Shown here one piece after another: positions 28,050 through 32,000 of a stretch of 32,000 nucleotides of DNA. The notes below the pieces were generated by a model that was given only the letters and a program-made list of their open reading frames with translations, was not told where the DNA came from and made no database searches. A program made the translations under genes and the position numbers. This stretch comes from Candidatus Methylomirabilis oxygeniifera. Lineage in GTDB: Bacteria; Methylomirabilota; Methylomirabilia; Methylomirabilales; Methylomirabilaceae. Position 1 is the first letter of the stretch, and every line of letters begins with the position of its first letter. The stretch covers positions 60,001-92,000 of the forward strand of contig FP565575.1 of the NCBI GenBank assembly GCA_000091165.1, written 5' to 3'.

Positions 28050-28065
28050 CGGCACGCCCATTGCT
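28050..28065 (+). promoter_or_regulatory. Candidate sigma54 promoter for TonB receptor 2
   Basis: CGGCACGCCCATTGCT matches TGGCACGNNNNTTGCW at every defined position except the first. Confidence 0.8.
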
Positions 28066-28081
28066 AGGCACGAGTAGCGCA
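28066..28081 (+). promoter_or_regulatory. Second, weaker sigma54-like site directly abutting the first
   Basis: AGGCACGAGTAGCGCA has GGCACG and correctly spaced GC, but a poor -12 (GCGCA). Confidence 0.3.
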
Positions 28082-28134
28082 GTTCCGAGTGGAGGGGTAC
28101 ACAACGTGCTGCTTGGACCCAGAGGAGATAGCCA

Positions 28135-30372
28135 ATGGCGTGGAATCGGGGGAAGGCTGCTTACGTGCTGGTCGGATTAATTGTCGGCCTTGGTGTTCCA
28201 CATTCACATGCCCAGGAGACTGGAGCGCCGCCGGACATCGTCCCGCTTCCGGAGATTCTGGTGACGGCGCCATCTCGTCTGCCCGATATTCCTCTTTCGC
28301 CGGCTGAGATCCCCGCCTCCGTTCAGGTGATTACGGGGGAGGAGATCGCCCGCTCAGAGGCGCTGACGCTTCAGGATGTCATGAAGCAGTTGCCCGGCGT
28401 ACACCTCAATGACCAACAGGGCAACTCCTATCAGTTCGACATGTCCTTCCGCGGTTTCACCGGGAGCCCCGTGACCGGCATCCCCCAGGGGATCAGCGTC
28501 TTTGTGGACGGGGTTCGGGTAAATGAACCTGCCGTGGAAGAGATCAACTTCGACCTGCTGCCGCTTGACCAGGTGGAGCGGATTGAACTGATCCGCGGCC
28601 CTTCTGCCATCTTTGGGAGGAACACGCTGGCCGGCTCTCTGAACATCATCACGAAGCGGGGCGGTCCGGAACGGCGAGTTGAGTTGGAGATGGAAGGGGG
28701 TAGTTTCGGCCGTCGGAAGGGCGGAGGCTCCATGAGTGGCACCGTCGGAGCGCTCGACTACTACGTGGCCGGAAGTCAGTTCGATGAGACCGGCTGGCGG
28801 GAGCAATCCGACAGCCGTCTGGCCCAGGCGTTTGCGAAGCTCGGTTTCCGTCAGGACGGGACCGACATCAGTGTCTCTTACCAGTTTCAGAATAACAGGA
28901 TCTTACAGGCCGGAACCTTACCGGAAAGCGTCCTGATGAAGGATCGGGCCCAAAACTTCACCGGGGGAGATTTTTTCAATCCGAATCTCCATCAGGCGAT
29001 CCTGAACGCTCACCAGCGCTTGGGCGGCGGTTTCTCCCTGGCCCTGAACGGCTACGTCAGGAGTTTCGAAACCGAGCAGTACAACGTCAGCCTGATCAGT
29101 GAAAACACCCGTCTGTTCAACGATACCATGTCGGGGGGTGGAACGCTCCAACTGGTTCACGAGGGGCGCTTCTGGGGGCGTAAGAACCTGCTGACTGCAG
29201 GGATCGAATATAACCGCTACGATGTCGATATCCGGGTCTCCGAGGAGCATAATGAACGGAGTCTCAAGAAATGTACCGACGCGGCGATTGCCGCAGGGGA
29301 AGATCCGGTCGAGGCATGTCCTCGTTCTTCACTTGAGGACGTCCTCATTGATAAGCAGGATACTGTCGGAGCCTACATTCAGGACACGGCCGAACTGGGG
29401 CGAGGTCTTCTTGTGCTGGGCGATAGCCTCCATCTGACGGGAGCCGCCAGGTTCGACTTTGTGCAGCACAAGATTACAGATCGGAGTCCGGAGGATCCGG
29501 GTGAAGCATCAGGGAAGGCGTCCTATCGACGAGTACTCCCACGGGCGGGGATCAATTATAACCTCTCTGATAACCACGGGCTCTACTTCTCCTACTCACA
29601 AGGATTTCGGACGCCCGCCTTTCTGGAACTGACCTGCGCCGACCCTGAGTCGCCTTGCGTGGGTCTGCAAGCCGGCGTGGCGCCGGACACCGGCTTCAGG
29701 AAGCTCAGCCCTGTCAGAGTCCACAACTACGAATTGGGTTTCAGGACTCGTCCCGTGTCATGGTTAGAGGGAAACTTCTCCCTCTACCGGACCGATGTCC
29801 GGGATGACATCTTCTCTGTTTCTGATTCGGGCGAGCTCACTGTCTTTTTCCAGAACATCGGCAATACCCGACGGCAGGGGCTCGAAGTCGGCCTGCGCGG
29901 GATCTATCAGAACCTTGTGGAGACCTACGTCAATTATACGTTGACCCGCGCGACGTTTCGGGATGAAGTCGAACTGGCCTCTCCCAGGACGCCTGGTATT
30001 ACCCAGCACGTAAAAGCAGGGGATACCATTCCCTCGACCCCGAACCATCGGGTGAATGCGGGCATTCGTTACCATCTGTATAAGTGGCTGGCGCTTTCCC
30101 TCGACTTGCACTATGTCGGTTCGCAGTACCTGCGCGGCGACGAAGCGAATACTCAGTCGAAATTGAACTCGTACGTCGTCATAAACGCTGGAATCGACTT
30201 GCACTGGAAGCACCTCAAAGGCTTTGTGAAGATCAACAATTTGGGGAACAACAAGTATGAGACTTTTGGGACCTTTGCGCCTAACGCCAAGGTTGCCGGA
30301 GACCCAATCGAACGCTTCCTGAACCCCGCCCAACCGATCAATGTGTTAGTCGGCGCCAGTTACCGATTCTAG
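28135..30372 (+). CDS. TonB-dependent outer-membrane receptor 2
   Basis: Signal peptide ...GVPHSHAQE; plug IPASVQVITGEEIARSEALTLQDVMKQLPG...IFGRNTLAGSLNIITKRG; barrel GLYFSYSQGFRTPAFLE; C-terminal LVGASYRF. Confidence 0.93.
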   Translation: MAWNRGKAAYVLVGLIVGLGVPHSHAQETGAPPDIVPLPEILVTAPSRLPDIPLSPAEIPASVQVITGEEIARSEALTLQDVMKQLPGVHLNDQQGNSYQFDMSFRGFTGSPVTGIPQGISVFVDGVRVNEPAVEEINFDLLPLDQVERIELIRGPSAIFGRNTLAGSLNIITKRGGPERRVELEMEGGSFGRRKGGGSMSGTVGALDYYVAGSQFDETGWREQSDSRLAQAFAKLGFRQDGTDISVSYQFQNNRILQAGTLPESVLMKDRAQNFTGGDFFNPNLHQAILNAHQRLGGGFSLALNGYVRSFETEQYNVSLISENTRLFNDTMSGGGTLQLVHEGRFWGRKNLLTAGIEYNRYDVDIRVSEEHNERSLKKCTDAAIAAGEDPVEACPRSSLEDVLIDKQDTVGAYIQDTAELGRGLLVLGDSLHLTGAARFDFVQHKITDRSPEDPGEASGKASYRRVLPRAGINYNLSDNHGLYFSYSQGFRTPAFLELTCADPESPCVGLQAGVAPDTGFRKLSPVRVHNYELGFRTRPVSWLEGNFSLYRTDVRDDIFSVSDSGELTVFFQNIGNTRRQGLEVGLRGIYQNLVETYVNYTLTRATFRDEVELASPRTPGITQHVKAGDTIPSTPNHRVNAGIRYHLYKWLALSLDLHYVGSQYLRGDEANTQSKLNSYVVINAGIDLHWKHLKGFVKINNLGNNKYETFGTFAPNAKVAGDPIERFLNPAQPINVLVGASYRF

Positions 30373-30440
30373 ACGTGTAGGTATCCTTGATCTGCTCATC
30401 ACATTGCGGAAAAAATAGTGTGCAGCAGTTAGGCCTTTCG

Positions 30441-30499
30441 ACTGAAGACTGAAGGAGAACCACCTAACAGCCTTCAGCCTATCGACCTTCTGCCTTCTG
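30441..30499. repeat. Heptad fold-back element downstream of TonB receptor 2
   Basis: Exact tandem ACTGAAG ACTGAAG (30441-30454), then after a spacer heptad-spaced ACAGCCT TCAGCCT ATCGACC TTCTGCC TTCTG. CTGAAGG (30449-30455) pairs with CCTTCAG (30471-30477). Confidence 0.5.
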
Positions 30500-30646
30500 T
30501 GGGGGCGGCGCACGGTATCGGTGGTGGGGGCTGTTACGTGAGGTGGGTGTAATTTCACACACACCGACGTGCCTCTGATGGTTTCCCGGCATCGAATCGG
30601 CCGCAAATGCTTGAATAACCAGACGATTGGCAGATTGGGCAGCGGC

Positions 30647-30662
30647 TGGAATAGTCCTTGCA
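30647..30662 (+). promoter_or_regulatory. Possible sigma54 promoter for kinase 2
   Basis: TGGAATAGTCCTTGCA has a correctly spaced GG and a full TTGCA, but a degenerate -24 tail. Confidence 0.4.
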
Positions 30663-30687
30663 CACCTTACCACCTGTTTCACGCTCA

Positions 30688-30744
30688 TCCCCGCTCCCCC
30701 CAGCGGCTTGAGTCCTGGCACTTAGGCGCGAAGGGGAGCGGGGA
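30688..30744 (+). promoter_or_regulatory. 12-bp perfect inverted repeat in the kinase 2 leader, possibly masking the ribosome-binding site
   Basis: TCCCCGCTCCCC (30688-30699) and GGGGAGCGGGGA (30733-30744). The right arm ends 12 nt before the ATG. Confidence 0.55.
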
Positions 30745-30756
30745 CCCTCACCACTC

Positions 30757-32000
30757 ATGCAGATCAGACGGAAGATCGAACTCGCCTTTGGCGTGATTCT
30801 ATGCCTGCTGCTTCTCACCGCAGGGCAAGGATTGTGGATGTTCATCCACACAAAATCCGCGCTTGGCGAATTGCGTCAGGCGTTTTCTGATGTTCTGCTC
30901 CTTGATGATCTGAAGGTGTTGATCTACCGACAGGCGAAAGAGATCCCGGACTACCTGACCGGACACGATCCCGATGCCAAAGAGGAATTTCGGAGTTATG
31001 CGGCGCAGATTGCGATGCGATTTCACGAGAGCGACAGGTTAGCCGGTACGCCCGTACAGGCGCGCTACCTTGGGGATCTCCGGCGGGCCTACGCCGCGCA
31101 TGCCCGTTTAGCGGATCGCATCTTCCGAGCCTATGACAGCAAACAGTACCGACGCGCCCTTGGCCTGATGGAGCATGATGTGGAGAACATTGCGCTCCCC
31201 GCGCTCGATCAGGCCGTCGCGTCCCTTCATCGGGCGCTGTATGCCTCGTCCTTCGAGCGTGTTATGGCGCAGGCTCAGTCGTTCGAACGAACGGCCCAGA
31301 TGGTGAGTCTCCTCGCCGTACTGACCACCTTTGGGGCCGGGCTCTTGATCTTCCTATGGCTGTCCCGCGGATTGGTCCGTCCGATCAATGCGCTGGTGGA
31401 GGCGACCCGTGAAGTCGGACAGGGGAATCTCGACATCCAAGGCCTGCCGGTCTCACGTGACGAGATTGGCGAGCTCGCGTCTGCATTCTCAGGTATGGTG
31501 CAGCGGATCAAGCATTTTCAAACCCAAATCGTCGAGACCGAACAGATGGCGTCCATCGGCGCCACGGCGGTCGCGGTGGCCCATGGGCTGCGGAACCCCC
31601 TTGCAAGCGTTCGAGCCTTGGCACAAGTCGCTCTTGTTGAGCATGAATCGTTCCCGGCTGTCAATGAGAGCCTTCACGAGATCATTGCTGAGGTCGATCG
31701 GCTGAATGCGCGCATCAGCCATCTGCTGACCTTTGCGGTCCCTGCCCGGTTGCACCCCGTGTCGGCAGATCTCAATGACGTGATTGAGCGCGTCGTCGCC
31801 GATTTCCAGCAGATCAAGCCGCAGCAGGTCGTCTTCGCCCTCCACCTTGACCCCGGATTGCCTTCCGTGCAACTCGATACGGTGCACATGAAGGAGGTGC
31901 TTCGAGAAATCGTCCTGAACGCCCTTGAGGCGATGCCGGACGGCGGCGACGTCCGCGTGGCAACGAAAAGGGGTGAGGGGCCGGAGGGGCGGCCCATACT
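30757..32000 (+). CDS. Membrane sensor histidine kinase 2 (3' truncated by window)
   Basis: Frame open from the ATG to the window end: MQIRRKIELAFGVILCLLLLTAGQGLWMFIH..., second TM, HAMP (RPINALVEATREVGQGNLDIQGLPVSRDEIGELASAFSGM), H-box VAHGLRNPLASVRALAQVAL, N-box EIVLNALEAMPDGG. Missing from the ORF track because no stop lies inside the window. Confidence 0.9.
   Translation, partial: MQIRRKIELAFGVILCLLLLTAGQGLWMFIHTKSALGELRQAFSDVLLLDDLKVLIYRQAKEIPDYLTGHDPDAKEEFRSYAAQIAMRFHESDRLAGTPVQARYLGDLRRAYAAHARLADRIFRAYDSKQYRRALGLMEHDVENIALPALDQAVASLHRALYASSFERVMAQAQSFERTAQMVSLLAVLTTFGAGLLIFLWLSRGLVRPINALVEATREVGQGNLDIQGLPVSRDEIGELASAFSGMVQRIKHFQTQIVETEQMASIGATAVAVAHGLRNPLASVRALAQVALVEHESFPAVNESLHEIIAEVDRLNARISHLLTFAVPARLHPVSADLNDVIERVVADFQQIKPQQVVFALHLDPGLPSVQLDTVHMKEVLREIVLNALEAMPDGGDVRVATKRGEGPEGRPI

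Noticed and set aside
30715-30730. TGGCACTTAGGCGC as another sigma54 promoter
   Set aside because: GG-to-GC spacing is one base short of the strict -24/-12 geometry, and it lies in the loop of the 12-bp inverted repeat.
1-32000. CRISPR array, prophage or transposon
   Set aside because: No regularly spaced identical direct repeats of 24-40 nt, no integrase/transposase/capsid-like proteins, and no terminal inverted repeats were recognised by eye.

Overview
The window reads as a chromosomal segment of a GC-rich bacterium. A methylotroph-like, NC10-type lineage is possible, but that is inference only. From left to right it contains: (1) the hslU 3' end and an arginine cluster, argB-argD-argF and then argG-argH. 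The two halves are separated by a ~5 kb accessory island holding a DUF433/DUF5615 toxin-antitoxin-like pair, a PIN-like protein, a decayed relBE, an AAA/DUF4143 ATPase, a RadC-family protein and a solo MNT nucleotidyltransferase. (2) An LptM-like/FN3 lipoprotein, selB, tatA, a UDP-glucose dehydrogenase and pntAA-pntAB-pntB. (3) A translationally coupled ATP-grasp / fold-III PLP decarboxylase pair of unassigned function. (4) Two consecutive modules of TonB-dependent receptor plus membrane histidine kinase. The first also has a complete NtrC-type regulator with a GAFTGA motif. Both receptors have good -24/-12 (sigma54) promoter candidates with upstream dyads. The second kinase runs off the window end and is absent from the ORF track. 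Best candidates for something undescribed are the duplicated sigma54-controlled receptor/two-component modules, their palindromic enhancer candidates, and the adjacent ATP-grasp/decarboxylase pair. No CRISPR array, rRNA, tRNA or transposase was recognised.
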